Source of the DNA: an uncultured Gemmatimonadaceae bacterium
Lineage (GTDB): Bacteria > Gemmatimonadota > Gemmatimonadetes > Gemmatimonadales > Gemmatimonadaceae
Reading direction: 5' to 3'
DNA length: 64,000 nt
Assembly (NCBI GenBank): GCA_963761305.1
Contig: CAVXGK010000001.1
Span: forward strand, 224,001 to 288,000
Shown here: piece after piece, positions 29,362 to 39,848 of the stretch
How the letters are laid out: the number at the start of each line of letters is the position of its first letter
Numbering within the stretch: the first letter of the stretch is position 1
Made by a program: the position numbers and the translations under genes
Notes under the pieces: generated by a model
What the model was told of the DNA's origin: nothing
Database searches by the model: none
The model's input: the letters and a program-made list of their open reading frames with translations, nothing else

Positions 29362-30660
29362 CTACTTCGGCGCGTAGACGATCTTGTAGATGCGTCCGCC
29401 CTGGTCGTCGGCGACGAACAGTGAGCCGTCCGGACCCTGCGCCAAACCGGTCGGCCGGTGATTGCCCTGCGGCCGCTGACCACTGCGATTCGGCGCGAAT
29501 CCATCGGCGAACACCTCGAACGGACCGCCTACCTTCTCGCCGTTCAGCGGCTGGAAGACGACGTTGTACCCCTGTTGCTCTTCCGGCGCACGGTTCCACG
29601 ATCCGTGGAACGCGATGAACGCACCACTCTTGTACCTCGCCGGAAACATCGAGCCGGTGTAGAACATGAGCCCGTTCGGTGCCCAATGCGCCGGGAATAC
29701 CGCGACCGGCTCTTTCTTCTGCGCACACTCGGCGACCTTCTTGCCGTCGCCGCCGTATTCCGGCGCGAGCACGAGGTGATGCTCTTCGACGGCGTAGTAG
29801 CAGTACGGCCAGCCGAAATCCTCGCCCTGATTGACCTGGAGCAGCTCTTCCGCCGGATTCTCGGCGTTGTAGTGTACGCTTTGCGGCCACTCACCGGATC
29901 CTTCCGATTCGCCGCCGAGGCCGTCGCGGCCGTGCTGCGTCGTCCAGAGCTTGCCGTCCATCGGATTCATCGCGATACCGATCGCGTTGCGAACTCCTCG
30001 CCCGAAATGATTCTCGGCGCTCGGCCTTTGATGCAGCTTGCGCGCATCGAACTTCCAGATTCCGCCGCGGATCTCGACCTCGTCGCACGGGCGCTTCCCC
30101 GGTGATTCCTTCTTCCGGTCGGCGGTCTGACACGAGTTCGTGGCCGTGCCGAAGTTGACGTAGAGATTCCCCGCCTTGTCGATGGCGAACGTCTTGACCG
30201 GATGATTCCCGCCGCCGGGCAGACCCTCGGCGATCGTATCCGGCTTGCCCGCGGGCGCGAAGGTTCCGTTCGGGAACGGGAAGCGCAGAATCTCGGTGTT
30301 CGTCTCCGCGTACAGGTGCCCGTCGAACAGCGCGACCTCGGAAGATGTGAATCCGCTAGCGAAGTGGACCTGCCGATCCGCCTTGCCGTCGCCGTTCTCG
30401 TCCCGAAGGATCCACACGCCGCCGGGACCCGCGCCGCCCGCGCCGCCGCGCTGCTGCGTGGAGACGATCACATCGCCATTCGGCGCGACGACCATGTGCC
30501 GCGCACCACGCAGCGTGTCGGCGTAAACCATGGCGCAGAAGCCCGGCGGAAGCTTGAGGCCGACGTTGTCGGAGTCGCACTTCTCCGTGCCGCGCTGCGC
30601 GGGAAGGAGACCCGGGACGATCAGAACCGTGAGCGCTGCCAATAGGGAATTGCGTCGCAT
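29362..30660 (-). CDS. Secreted PQQ-dependent sugar/sorbosone dehydrogenase family beta-propeller
   Basis: Signal peptide, 'GVRNAIG', 'FGWPYCY', 'AFHGSWNR', 'RPTGLAQGPDGSLFVADD'. Confidence 0.85.
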   Translation of the reverse strand: MRRNSLLAALTVLIVPGLLPAQRGTEKCDSDNVGLKLPPGFCAMVYADTLRGARHMVVAPNGDVIVSTQQRGGAGGAGPGGVWILRDENGDGKADRQVHFASGFTSSEVALFDGHLYAETNTEILRFPFPNGTFAPAGKPDTIAEGLPGGGNHPVKTFAIDKAGNLYVNFGTATNSCQTADRKKESPGKRPCDEVEIRGGIWKFDARKLHQRPSAENHFGRGVRNAIGIAMNPMDGKLWTTQHGRDGLGGESEGSGEWPQSVHYNAENPAEELLQVNQGEDFGWPYCYYAVEEHHLVLAPEYGGDGKKVAECAQKKEPVAVFPAHWAPNGLMFYTGSMFPARYKSGAFIAFHGSWNRAPEEQQGYNVVFQPLNGEKVGGPFEVFADGFAPNRSGQRPQGNHRPTGLAQGPDGSLFVADDQGGRIYKIVYAPK

Positions 30661-30779
30661 GTGGCTCAGTGGATTGTGGACGAGGCGTGGTGGCGGGCCG
30701 GACCGGCCCGCGAGGGTGAAGTTTAACGTCGAAAAGAATCGGCGCGACTGTGCCCTTCCGCCACGGTGAGCGCTCGGCG

Positions 30780-31853
30780 TCAACGCGTGGCGAGGGTCCG
30801 CGAGAAGAACGGCAGAACCCTGGTGATCAGTCGTTCGCCGATACGGCTCGTGTGCGTGCCGTCGTACGTCTCGAAGGTGTGCGTCACCCCGGCGCGCGTG
30901 AACGCCGTGTCCAGCCTCGCGAGTTGCGCCGGCGAGACGAGCTCGTCGCGCGTGCCGACGTCGAACGCGAATCCGGCGAGTCGCTTGAGGTGGTCCGCGT
31001 GACTGGGCAGCATGTCGTACGGCGAGTGCTCGGCCCACTTCGCGTCGACGGCGGCCACCTTCTGCCACTGCCCCTCGCGCATCTCGAACGGGAAATCGAC
31101 GAACAGCGGCGGGCGGTTGGGATTCGGCGCGAACGCGGCCGATAGCGCCAGCTCGACGGCCGGCAGAAACGGGATCCGCCGCGCCGAATCGAGCGACGTC
31201 AGAGCGGCGAGCTGGCCCCACATCGCCGTCGCGCTGGGCGTGGGAGAAAGCTGGTACTGCGTGCAGCAGCCGCTCAACGCGTAGGCCGCGCCATACACGT
31301 CGCCCCCGTGGAGCATCGCGAGATAGAACGTTCCGAAACCGCCCATCGAATGTCCGGCGAGACCGCGGCTGCGCGGCGTCGCCAGCGTGCGGTATTTCCC
31401 GTCGATGTACGACACGAGCTCAAGCGAAATGAAGTCGTCCCAATTGCCGGTCGACTCGGAGTTCGTGTAGAAGCTGCCGAGCAGACGGTTCCGAGCGTTC
31501 GGCATGACGATGATCATCTCGTTCGCCGAGCTGGCGGCGACGAGCGAATCCATCACGCGTCCGATGTCGAATCCGCTGTAGCCGCCCGTCCACGAGGCTT
31601 CCGTCGCGCCGAATCCGTGAAGTAAATAGACGACGGGATACCGCTTGGCCGCGTTCGACTCGTAGCTCGGCGGCAGATAGACGAGCACCGCCCGATTCGG
31701 GGAGTCGCCGTATTTGTTGTGCTCGAGCGCCACGGAGTGAACCGTGTCGTGCACGAGACGGCCGGCCGGTGCGCTTTGCGCGTTGAGCGCCGCCGCGAAC
31801 GAAAGCGCCGCGAATTGCGCGAACCACACCTGCGAGCGGAGTCGAGTCCTCAT
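30780..31853 (-). CDS. Secreted alpha/beta-hydrolase (putative esterase family)
   Basis: Signal peptide, 'YPVVYLLHG', nucleophile motif 'GHSMGG', 'YDGTH'. Confidence 0.87.
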   Translation of the reverse strand: MRTRLRSQVWFAQFAALSFAAALNAQSAPAGRLVHDTVHSVALEHNKYGDSPNRAVLVYLPPSYESNAAKRYPVVYLLHGFGATEASWTGGYSGFDIGRVMDSLVAASSANEMIIVMPNARNRLLGSFYTNSESTGNWDDFISLELVSYIDGKYRTLATPRSRGLAGHSMGGFGTFYLAMLHGGDVYGAAYALSGCCTQYQLSPTPSATAMWGQLAALTSLDSARRIPFLPAVELALSAAFAPNPNRPPLFVDFPFEMREGQWQKVAAVDAKWAEHSPYDMLPSHADHLKRLAGFAFDVGTRDELVSPAQLARLDTAFTRAGVTHTFETYDGTHTSRIGERLITRVLPFFSRTLATR

Positions 31854-31977
31854 CGCCCTGTCGTGTAGGTTGTTTCGTCGAGCGATGACTTACGGCGCGA
31901 CGGTCTTTACCGCAACCGCCCGACCCGACGCATTCGCCCGAATGGCCACTGTTGGCGGGAGGGCAATGTGGTACAAC

Positions 31978-32096
31978 GATGCCGCAGATGCGCACGGATG
32001 CCCGCAGATACACGCCAAGCAATTTCGAACGATCAATACATTCGCAGCGTCGCCGTTGAAATCTGCGGCATTGCCGGTTCTAATCAGCGGCATCTG
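31978..32096. repeat. REP-like inverted-repeat element (GCCGCAGAT ... ATCTGCGGC)
   Basis: gatgccgcagat..atgcccgcagat (31978-32009) opposed by atctgcggcatt..atcagcggcatc (32061-32094). Confidence 0.6.
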
Positions 32097-32151
32097 TGTT
32101 CCGCTTTCTTGAACTACCTCGCGGCCAGTCCCGTTTCTCAGTCCCGCGAAG

Positions 32152-35016
32152 TCAGCGGCTCGTCGACAGCAGCCGCTCGCTCGCGCGGCGTTCCACGGCC
32201 GTATCGCCGAGCTCTTTGGCGAGATCGATCTGCAGTTGGAGCCCCGTCTCACGGTAGCGAGGCCAGCCGCGGCCGAACGATCGCCGCTGCAACGCCGAGA
32301 GTGCATAACGCGAATCGCCCAGCGAGCGATACTCGCGCGCCACGACGAGATTCGCGTAGCGCATCGCGTCGCCCACCGCGGGGCCGCTCAACATCAACGA
32401 GTCGAGATGCGCGAGCCGATCTCGCGCGTTCGGCGCGCCGGCTTGAATCGCGATGGCCGCGTCGAGCAGCGTCGAACACGCGTTCGGATTGGCGCCCACG
32501 GGCACCGGAAACGCCGGCGGCGCGCCCGCGTGCAACAGCGCCAGCGCGTCGCGGGCGCCGCGCACGTCGCCCGTCTTGAGCCGCCATTGCCCCAACACAC
32601 ATGCGTCCGCCAGCCGCACCGCGCTGTCGGCGACCGATGGGCTGCGGGGCGCGCGTAGCCGCTCGCTCAGCGCATCGGCGGCCGCTCGCGCCGCCGACGG
32701 ATCTTCGCCCGAGTACAACGCGTCGAGCACGCGCAGACGAAGCCCCGGATGCAGTCCGGGCGGAAACGATTCCAGATCTCGCGCGATCGCCACCGCCGTC
32801 GCCCGATCGCCTCGATTCAACGCGCGACTGTGGCGCGCCAGCGCGACGTCCACCCGCTCGCCGTCGGTGACGGCACGCCGGCGCAAAATCTCGATCGCCC
32901 GATCTCCATCGCCGACACCGACGCCGTCGAACTGCGCCGCCATCGCGATGTTGCGCAACGCGCCGCTCGGCGCGTCGGCGAACCGTGCACGCAAGCGACG
33001 CACCTCCTGCGAATCGCCGAGCGCTTCAGCCACGCGCCACCGCACGAACGCACTCAGCGCGTCGCTGGTGTCGGTGGCGGGCGCCGCGGCGACGAGTCGG
33101 CGCAGCGCGGACGTGTCGCGCTCGCGCGAATACAGCAACGCCAACATTCGCCGCGACGGGCTGAACGTCGGATCGAGTTGCAGCGCGCGGGTGAACGCGT
33201 CGGCCGCGCGGGCCCCCGCGTCGCGCATGCCGAGAATCTCGCCGTCGTTGTAGAAACTCTCGCCGAGCTCGTACCAGCCGTCGGCGCGATCCGGCGCGAG
33301 GCGCACAACTTCTCGCCATGCGTCGACGATCTCCGCCGCCGACGACGGCTGCGGATAGCGCGGGCCCGCGAACGCGCGAAGAAACGCGCGATCCGCCGGC
33401 GGAAGCGCCGCCTGCTGCGCCCACGCGATCGCCACGCCGCGGTCGTGCTGCTCGGCGGAGTTCACCTTGTCGGCCGACAGCGCGAGGCCGAGCGCGGCGA
33501 GCGCGAACTTCGGTTCCTCGGCGACCGCTTGTCCGTACGACCGCAACGCGCGGTTGTAGTCGCTGAGCCGATACGCGGCCCGCGCCGCGAGATAGTCCCG
33601 CAGCGCCGGCGGCGAAATACTCGGCGGCTGCGGCAACGACGACACTCTCTCGCCGGCCTCCGGCAGAATGAGTCCCGCGACGATGCGATCGCAGAGCGCG
33701 ATCAGGCTGTCCGGCAACCCGACGACGCGCACCGATGCGGCAACGTGCGCCGTCGCGACGTCCACGAGCGACGCGCGGATTTCCACCGTTCCCGATGCGG
33801 ACGGCCGGATCGAACCGGAAACGATTTGATCTGCGCCGAGTGATTGCGCGAGGCGCACTGCGTCGCCGACGCTCGGCGTCGCAGCCGCCTCGACCATGAA
33901 TCCCGTCGATCGCGCAGCACGAAGGACGCGCGACGGATCGGCCGGACGTTTGCCGTCGGCCACGGCGAAGCGCGACGCCAAGAGCTCGAGCAGTCCTTCG
34001 CGCACGTACGACGCGGACGCGTCCGACGAATCGATGTGAAACGGAGCGACGGCGATGACCGGCTCGTGTTCGGCGGCTCGCGCCGTCGCGAGACGCCACG
34101 CCGAGGCGGACAACGCGCCGATGGCCACGAGGAGCGACCCCGCGACGCCGAGCCACGCCGCCGACCGATTGATTCTCCGCTTTCGCGCGTGTGGGGCGTC
34201 GCTCGCCGGCGCAGTCGCCACCGCCGGCGCCATGTCTCGCGGCGCAGTGACGTCGGACGAAGCGGCCTCCTCGCTCGCAATCGCCGCGACGCCGCGCGGC
34301 GCCGATGTCCGGCGGAGTTTCGCGAGCAGCTCGGCGACCTCCGGCGTCGGCGGGAGGTCGAGATCGGCGCGCATCCGAGCCTCGTGCCAGCGCCCGCGCT
34401 GCAGCGCGCCGGCGTGATCGCCGTTTTCGGCGAGCGCCGTCATGAGCCCCGCGATCGCGGCGCCGTTCAGCGGATCGTGATCGGCCAGGCGAAGGCGCCA
34501 CGATACTTCGGCGTCGACGTTGCCGCCTTCGCGTGCCGCGCGAGCAAGAGTCTCGAGGGATTGAGCGAACGACCTCGCGAACCGGTCGCGCTCGCCAGCG
34601 GCCCAGAACTCGAAGTCCGGATCGCCGTTGAGGTAGAAGCCGTCGAGAAACGGTCCGCGATAGAGCTCGACGGCGTCGGCAAGACGGCTCTCGGCGATCG
34701 CGCGCTGAAAGTCGGCGACATCCGATGAGAGCACCGATGCATCGACGCGTAAGTCCGTACCGCTAAGAAAGATTCGCTCGACGCCGAGGGCCTTTCTTAT
34801 ATGGTAGAGTGACTGAGTGAGTGCGTGTCGCGACTTATCGGGCTCGCCTTCGGACCACAACAGGCCGAGGAGCTTGTCGCGAGACATTCCTCGCTCGCCG
34901 ACGGACGCGAGGATCGTGAGGATCGCGAGCAGGCGACGTTGCCCTGCGGGACCCGTCAGAATGACCCCGTTCTGCGACAGGTAAACGCTACCGAACGTGC
35001 AAAGGCGTAGGGTCAT
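32152..35016 (-). CDS. SARP/BTAD-domain transcriptional regulator with TM segment and TPR-like C-terminal region
   Basis: wHTH 'SRDKLLGLLW...LTQSLYHIRKALG', BTAD 'LYRGPFLDGF..FEFW', hydrophobic TM, 'IAVAPF' TolB-N-like motif, helical repeats. Confidence 0.8.
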   Translation of the reverse strand: MTLRLCTFGSVYLSQNGVILTGPAGQRRLLAILTILASVGERGMSRDKLLGLLWSEGEPDKSRHALTQSLYHIRKALGVERIFLSGTDLRVDASVLSSDVADFQRAIAESRLADAVELYRGPFLDGFYLNGDPDFEFWAAGERDRFARSFAQSLETLARAAREGGNVDAEVSWRLRLADHDPLNGAAIAGLMTALAENGDHAGALQRGRWHEARMRADLDLPPTPEVAELLAKLRRTSAPRGVAAIASEEAASSDVTAPRDMAPAVATAPASDAPHARKRRINRSAAWLGVAGSLLVAIGALSASAWRLATARAAEHEPVIAVAPFHIDSSDASASYVREGLLELLASRFAVADGKRPADPSRVLRAARSTGFMVEAAATPSVGDAVRLAQSLGADQIVSGSIRPSASGTVEIRASLVDVATAHVAASVRVVGLPDSLIALCDRIVAGLILPEAGERVSSLPQPPSISPPALRDYLAARAAYRLSDYNRALRSYGQAVAEEPKFALAALGLALSADKVNSAEQHDRGVAIAWAQQAALPPADRAFLRAFAGPRYPQPSSAAEIVDAWREVVRLAPDRADGWYELGESFYNDGEILGMRDAGARAADAFTRALQLDPTFSPSRRMLALLYSRERDTSALRRLVAAAPATDTSDALSAFVRWRVAEALGDSQEVRRLRARFADAPSGALRNIAMAAQFDGVGVGDGDRAIEILRRRAVTDGERVDVALARHSRALNRGDRATAVAIARDLESFPPGLHPGLRLRVLDALYSGEDPSAARAAADALSERLRAPRSPSVADSAVRLADACVLGQWRLKTGDVRGARDALALLHAGAPPAFPVPVGANPNACSTLLDAAIAIQAGAPNARDRLAHLDSLMLSGPAVGDAMRYANLVVAREYRSLGDSRYALSALQRRSFGRGWPRYRETGLQLQIDLAKELGDTAVERRASERLLSTSR

Positions 35017-35142
35017 CGGGCAGGCGGCGGGACCGTCTGACATCCATCTGAGGGGCGGGCCTTATAGATGTTCCGCCGACCGACGAAACGCAACCTGGGT
35101 TGCGCGCTTGGTGTTCGTTTTTCCCCCACCCCACCGACGCTG

Positions 35143-35973
35143 ATGTCCGCTGCTGTTCCGCTGAACCTTCCCACTCTCCGCGAGAGGACGTCTCGCGCCG
35201 ACGCCGCGACCGAACTTGGCGTCGCGGTCAGCGTCGTGATCCCGACGCTCAACGAGGCGGGACAGATTGCCCAAGCTGTCGGGGACCTTTCGTGGGCCAA
35301 TGAGGTCATCGTCGTCGATGGTGGCTCGATGGATGGCACGGCGTCGATCGCCGAAGCCGCCGGCGCGCGCGTCATTGTCCTGAGTGGCCAAACGATCGCC
35401 GCGCAACGAAACGCCGGCATCGAAGCGGCGCGCAACCGCTGGATTCTCGCGTTGGACGCCGACGAGCGTGCGTCCATGCAGTTGCGGGCCGAGGTCTCAC
35501 AGGTTGTAACCGGCCGGAATCCGACGCACGCCGCCTATCGCATGAAGTTCCGCAACCACTACCTCGGCCGCGAGTTGCGGCACGGGCCGTGGGGTCGCGA
35601 TTGGCACGTTCGTTTGTTCACCAACGACCGGCGATACGTCTGCCACCGCGTCCACGAGCATCTCGAGACGATCGAGGACATCGGTGTGCTCACCGGTCCG
35701 ATCGTGCACCACCCGTATCGCGATCTCGCGCACCACGTGAGCAAGATCGTGAAGTACGCGCGGTGGGGCGCCGAAGACCTTCAGGCGCGGGGCCGCGAGG
35801 CGCACATGCGCGATCTGGTCGGCCGGCCGGCGTGGCGCTTCGTTCGCGACTATTTCGTGTACGCCGGCTGGCGCGACGGCAGCGTGGGGTTCGTCGCGGC
35901 AGCGCTGAGCTCCTTCGCGTCGTTCCTCAAGTACGCCTTCCTCTTCTCGAGGAGCCGAACGTCCGACGGATGA
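35143..35973 (+). CDS. Glycosyltransferase family 2 (WaaE/KdtX-like)
   Basis: 'VSVVIPTLNEA', 'VVDGGSMDGT', 'ALDADER', 'VHE'. Confidence 0.9.
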   Translation: MSAAVPLNLPTLRERTSRADAATELGVAVSVVIPTLNEAGQIAQAVGDLSWANEVIVVDGGSMDGTASIAEAAGARVIVLSGQTIAAQRNAGIEAARNRWILALDADERASMQLRAEVSQVVTGRNPTHAAYRMKFRNHYLGRELRHGPWGRDWHVRLFTNDRRYVCHRVHEHLETIEDIGVLTGPIVHHPYRDLAHHVSKIVKYARWGAEDLQARGREAHMRDLVGRPAWRFVRDYFVYAGWRDGSVGFVAAALSSFASFLKYAFLFSRSRTSDG

Positions 35974-36686
35974 AGCTCACGATCTTGATGTATCACAAGG
36001 TCGATGAGCTCCCCGTCCCGCAGGTGCGCACCCCCGGCAATTTCGTCGAGCCGCGTTTGTTCGCGGAGCAGCTCGACGCACTCGCCGAATGGGGCTACCG
36101 CACGATCGATTTCGGCGATTGGCTCGCCTATCGCGACGGCGGCCGGGCAATTCCCAAGCGGCCGCTCATCTTGACCTTCGACGACGGCTACACGTGCTTC
36201 GACACGCGGGCGTGGCCCGCATTACGCGCGCGCGACATGGGCGCGTGGGTGTTTCTCGTCGCCGGCCAGATCGGCGGCACGAACGCATGGGATCGCGACG
36301 AGCAGCCCTTTCCGCTGCTCGGCCCCGAGCGCATTCACGCTCTTCAACACGAGGGCGTTCGCTTCGGATCACACGGCGATCTCCACGTTCCGCTCGCTCG
36401 CGTTCCCCGCGAGCAGGCCGCCGCCGATCTCCGCCGGTCGCGTGAGGCACTCGGCGATCTGCTCGGCCATGCGGTGGACGTCGTGGCGTACCCGTTCAGC
36501 AATCAGAATGGCGTCGTGCGCCATCTCGCGCACGACGCCGGCTACCGCTGCGCCGTGCGCGGTTCCGGACGCATGAACCGGAGGACCACCGACGCGTTCG
36601 GGCTCCGGCGGATCAAGATGGATTCGACGATGACCGTCGAACGGTTGCGGCGGACACTCTTCATGGAACGCTACTTCGGATTCTGA
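35970..36686 (+). CDS. Polysaccharide deacetylase family protein
   Basis: 'ILMYHKV', 'LTFDDGY', 'FGSHG..H', 'AYPF'; ATGA overlap with the GT2 gene. Confidence 0.9.
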   Translation: MKLTILMYHKVDELPVPQVRTPGNFVEPRLFAEQLDALAEWGYRTIDFGDWLAYRDGGRAIPKRPLILTFDDGYTCFDTRAWPALRARDMGAWVFLVAGQIGGTNAWDRDEQPFPLLGPERIHALQHEGVRFGSHGDLHVPLARVPREQAAADLRRSREALGDLLGHAVDVVAYPFSNQNGVVRHLAHDAGYRCAVRGSGRMNRRTTDAFGLRRIKMDSTMTVERLRRTLFMERYFGF

Positions 36687-36716
36687 CGCGATCGATGGGC
36701 TGAAAGCGCCATGAAT

Positions 36717-39700
36717 CTAGGCCTTCGGCCGTTCCGGACCGAGCACCCGGACGATCGCCGCTTCCGCCGCATCCAACGCTTTGCGGAGCACCTGGAGGCG
36801 CTCCACGGCGTCGCGGCCAACGCGTTGGTCGACGCGCGCCGTCATGCCGGCGAGATAGGCGATCTGCGTCTGGAGGCCGGGACGGCCGTACCGAACGCCC
36901 TCGTCGGGGCCGAAGAGCGTCGTCGCCAGCGAATCCACCTTCGCCAGCGAGTCAGCGCTGCCGCCGGTGCGCAGTCGGGTGCGCGCCTGCCGCACGCGAT
37001 TGGCCGCGCGGCCGACCTCGGCCGCCATCTCCCGCGCGCGTACGTTGTGCTCGTACTGCTCGCGGAGGTCGGCCGTCGTCACGTGATCGGCCACGAGGCG
37101 CGGGTCGGGCAGGAGCGCGAGCGGCTCCGTGTGACTCCACGACCCCGCGCTCATTTTCACGTGATAGGATCCCGGCGGGAGCATCAGGCCGCCGCCGTCG
37201 TTGAAATCCCACACGAGCCGGTTCATTCCCGCGTTGGCCGTTAGGCGAACGGACGGCGCGGCGCGGCGGAATCCTCCGCCCTCTTCGTCGTCCGGTGCGG
37301 GAGCGGGTGCGTCGGCCGACGCCACGGTGATCGTCGCTTCGCTCGAGTAGTGTCGGACTTCGCGATTCGCCGAATCCAGAATCGCGATCGTCACCGGGCC
37401 GGCCTGCGGCCGTGCGAGGTAATAGTCGATGAACGCACCATTGGGCCCGAACTGCGCCTGGCCCGACGCCGGCGCGGCGCCGCCTCCGCCGCCTCCGCCG
37501 CCTCCGCCGCCTCCGCCTCCGCCGAATCCTCGGCCGCCGCCGATGCGCGCACGCACGGCGTCGCGGGGCTTGAACAAGACCGCGGCGGTCGTCGCGGTCT
37601 GCGCGTTCACCTGCCGCAGCGCCGAGATGTCGTCGAGGATCCACATCGAGCGGCCCTGCGTGGCGAGAATCAGGTCGTCGTGGTGGACCTTGATGTCGGT
37701 AATCGGCACGTTCGGCACGTTCAGCTCGAACGGCAGCCAATGCGCGCCGTCGTCGTACGAGATGAAGAGGCCGAACTCGGTCCCGGCGTAGAGCAGATGC
37801 TCGCGCACCGGGTCTTCGCGCACGACGCGGGTCGGCCAATCGGCGGGAATGCCGTTCTTGCCGTCGGTGAGACGCGTCCAGGTCGCGCCGTAGTTTTCGG
37901 TCTTATAAATATACGGCTCGAAATCCCCGAGCAGATAGCGATAGACCGCGTAGTAGGCCGAGCCTTTGCGGTGCGGCGACGTCTCGATGTACTGGACGCG
38001 GCCGCCCGGCGGGAGATCCTTCGGCGTGACGTTCGTCCACGTCTTGCCGTTGTCGCGCGAGATGTAGAACGGCCCGTCGTTCGACCCGGTCCAGATGACG
38101 CCGGGCTCCGTCTTCGACTCGCTGATCGCGTAGATCGTGCTGTAGAACTCCTCGCCGGTGACGTCGCGCGTGATCGGCTCGCCGCTTCCGCCCTGGCAGC
38201 AGGCGGGATGCGCGGTGAGATCGGGCGAGATCTTTTCCCAGTGGACGCCGCCGTCTCGGGACCGGTGCACGAACTGCGAGCCGTAGTACACGACGCTCGA
38301 GTCCCACGGCGACGTCTCCATCGGCGAGACACGCTGAAAGCGGAAGATGAGATCCTTCGCGTCGTTGCCGTACAGCGACTGCGCGCCGACCCAGTAGCTC
38401 TGCTCCTGACGCGTGTTCATGAACATGCGACCGAACTGTCCCTTGCACGCGCCGTAGACGATCTCCGGATTCTTTGGGTGCGGCATGATCGGCCCCGTCT
38501 CGCAACCGGGCCCCGTCGCGAACGGCTCGGTATTTCCCGCGACGGGGTTGCTCGGGACGATCACGGTGTTCGCATCCTGCTGCGCGCCGTAGAGGCGATA
38601 GGGCGTCTGGTCGTCGAGCCACACGCCGTAGATCTCCGCCGTCGGCTGATTCATCTGCGTCGACCACGTGCGGCCGCCGTCCTGCGACACGTTCGCGCCG
38701 CCGTCGTTCGACTGGATCATGATTTTCCCGTCGTGCGGGTTGATCCACATATCATGATTGTCGCCGTGCGGCGTGCGGAGCGTCGCCCACGTGGCGCCGC
38801 CGTCGGTGGACTTGTAGAAGTTCTCGGCGCCCGCGTAGACGACGTCGGCGTTCGTCGGATCGACGGCAAGCGCGACGTAGTAGAAGGGACGCGTGATGAG
38901 CTGCCCGTAATTGCTCACCTGCTTCCACGACGCGCCCGCGTCCTCCGAGCGATAGAGTCCGCCGCCGGGCTTCCCCTCGACGAGCGCGTAGACGCGATTC
39001 GGGTTCGCGGCGCTGACGGCGAGGTTCGCCTTGCCGACGAGTTCCGTCGGCAGGCCGTTCGTGATCTTGGTGAAATGCTCGCCGCCGTCGGTGCTCTTGT
39101 AGAATCCGACGCCCGCCGAATTCTGCGCGCCGCTGATGATCGTCCACGGTCTGCGTTCGCCGCGCCACATCCACGCGTAGACGACGTCCGGGTTCGTTGG
39201 ATTCAGCTCGACGACCGCCGCGCCGACGCTGTCCGAAACGAACAGCACCTTGCGCCACGTCTTGCCGCCGTCGCTGCTCTTGAAGACCCCGCGCTCCGAG
39301 TTCGGCTTGAACGCGTTGCCGATCGCCGCGACCCACACGACGTTGGGGTTCGTCGGGTGAATGCGCACGGCGCCGATCTGTCCCGCGTCGTAGAGCCCGG
39401 CGAACGTCCACGTCGCGCCGCCGTCGGTCGACTTGTACACGCCGCGCCCCGTCGACACGTTGCTGCGAATGTCGTCCGAGCCCGTGCCGAGATAGATCGT
39501 ATTCGGATCCGACTCGGCGACGGCGATCGAACCGGTCGACGCGACGGGAACCTTGCCGTCGGTGATCGGCACCCACGACGCACCAGCGTCGGTCGTGCGA
39601 AACACGCCGCCGCTCGCCACACCCATGTAGAACGTGCGCGGCTGCGACGGCACTCCGGTCACCGTGGTGACTCGCCCGCCGCGCGGCGGGCCCACCATCC

Positions 39701-39848
39701 GAAAATGAAGGCCGTGGAAGAGCATCGTGTCCACCGAGGCGAGCATCGGCTGATGCGGCGACGGCGCCCGCTGGGCGGAGACGGGCGCGGCGAGCGCGAC
39801 TGCGGAAATCGCGGCGACGAAGCGCGAGAGGAACACGTGGCGGGTCAT
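36717..39848 (-). CDS. Secreted BNR/Asp-box (VPS10-like) beta-propeller protein, putative glycosyl hydrolase
   Basis: Signal peptide; repeated SxDGGxTW Asp-boxes; 'GPPRGGRV', 'LYAGTEFG', 'ATQGRSMWILDD'. Confidence 0.88.
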   Translation of the reverse strand: MTRHVFLSRFVAAISAVALAAPVSAQRAPSPHQPMLASVDTMLFHGLHFRMVGPPRGGRVTTVTGVPSQPRTFYMGVASGGVFRTTDAGASWVPITDGKVPVASTGSIAVAESDPNTIYLGTGSDDIRSNVSTGRGVYKSTDGGATWTFAGLYDAGQIGAVRIHPTNPNVVWVAAIGNAFKPNSERGVFKSSDGGKTWRKVLFVSDSVGAAVVELNPTNPDVVYAWMWRGERRPWTIISGAQNSAGVGFYKSTDGGEHFTKITNGLPTELVGKANLAVSAANPNRVYALVEGKPGGGLYRSEDAGASWKQVSNYGQLITRPFYYVALAVDPTNADVVYAGAENFYKSTDGGATWATLRTPHGDNHDMWINPHDGKIMIQSNDGGANVSQDGGRTWSTQMNQPTAEIYGVWLDDQTPYRLYGAQQDANTVIVPSNPVAGNTEPFATGPGCETGPIMPHPKNPEIVYGACKGQFGRMFMNTRQEQSYWVGAQSLYGNDAKDLIFRFQRVSPMETSPWDSSVVYYGSQFVHRSRDGGVHWEKISPDLTAHPACCQGGSGEPITRDVTGEEFYSTIYAISESKTEPGVIWTGSNDGPFYISRDNGKTWTNVTPKDLPPGGRVQYIETSPHRKGSAYYAVYRYLLGDFEPYIYKTENYGATWTRLTDGKNGIPADWPTRVVREDPVREHLLYAGTEFGLFISYDDGAHWLPFELNVPNVPITDIKVHHDDLILATQGRSMWILDDISALRQVNAQTATTAAVLFKPRDAVRARIGGGRGFGGGGGGGGGGGGGGGAAPASGQAQFGPNGAFIDYYLARPQAGPVTIAILDSANREVRHYSSEATITVASADAPAPAPDDEEGGGFRRAAPSVRLTANAGMNRLVWDFNDGGGLMLPPGSYHVKMSAGSWSHTEPLALLPDPRLVADHVTTADLREQYEHNVRAREMAAEVGRAANRVRQARTRLRTGGSADSLAKVDSLATTLFGPDEGVRYGRPGLQTQIAYLAGMTARVDQRVGRDAVERLQVLRKALDAAEAAIVRVLGPERPKA

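Noticed and set aside
37481..37525. (CCGCCGCCT)n repeat here and the GGC-rich tract at about 41965-42010
   Set aside because: They encode ordinary poly-Gly linkers in secreted proteins.
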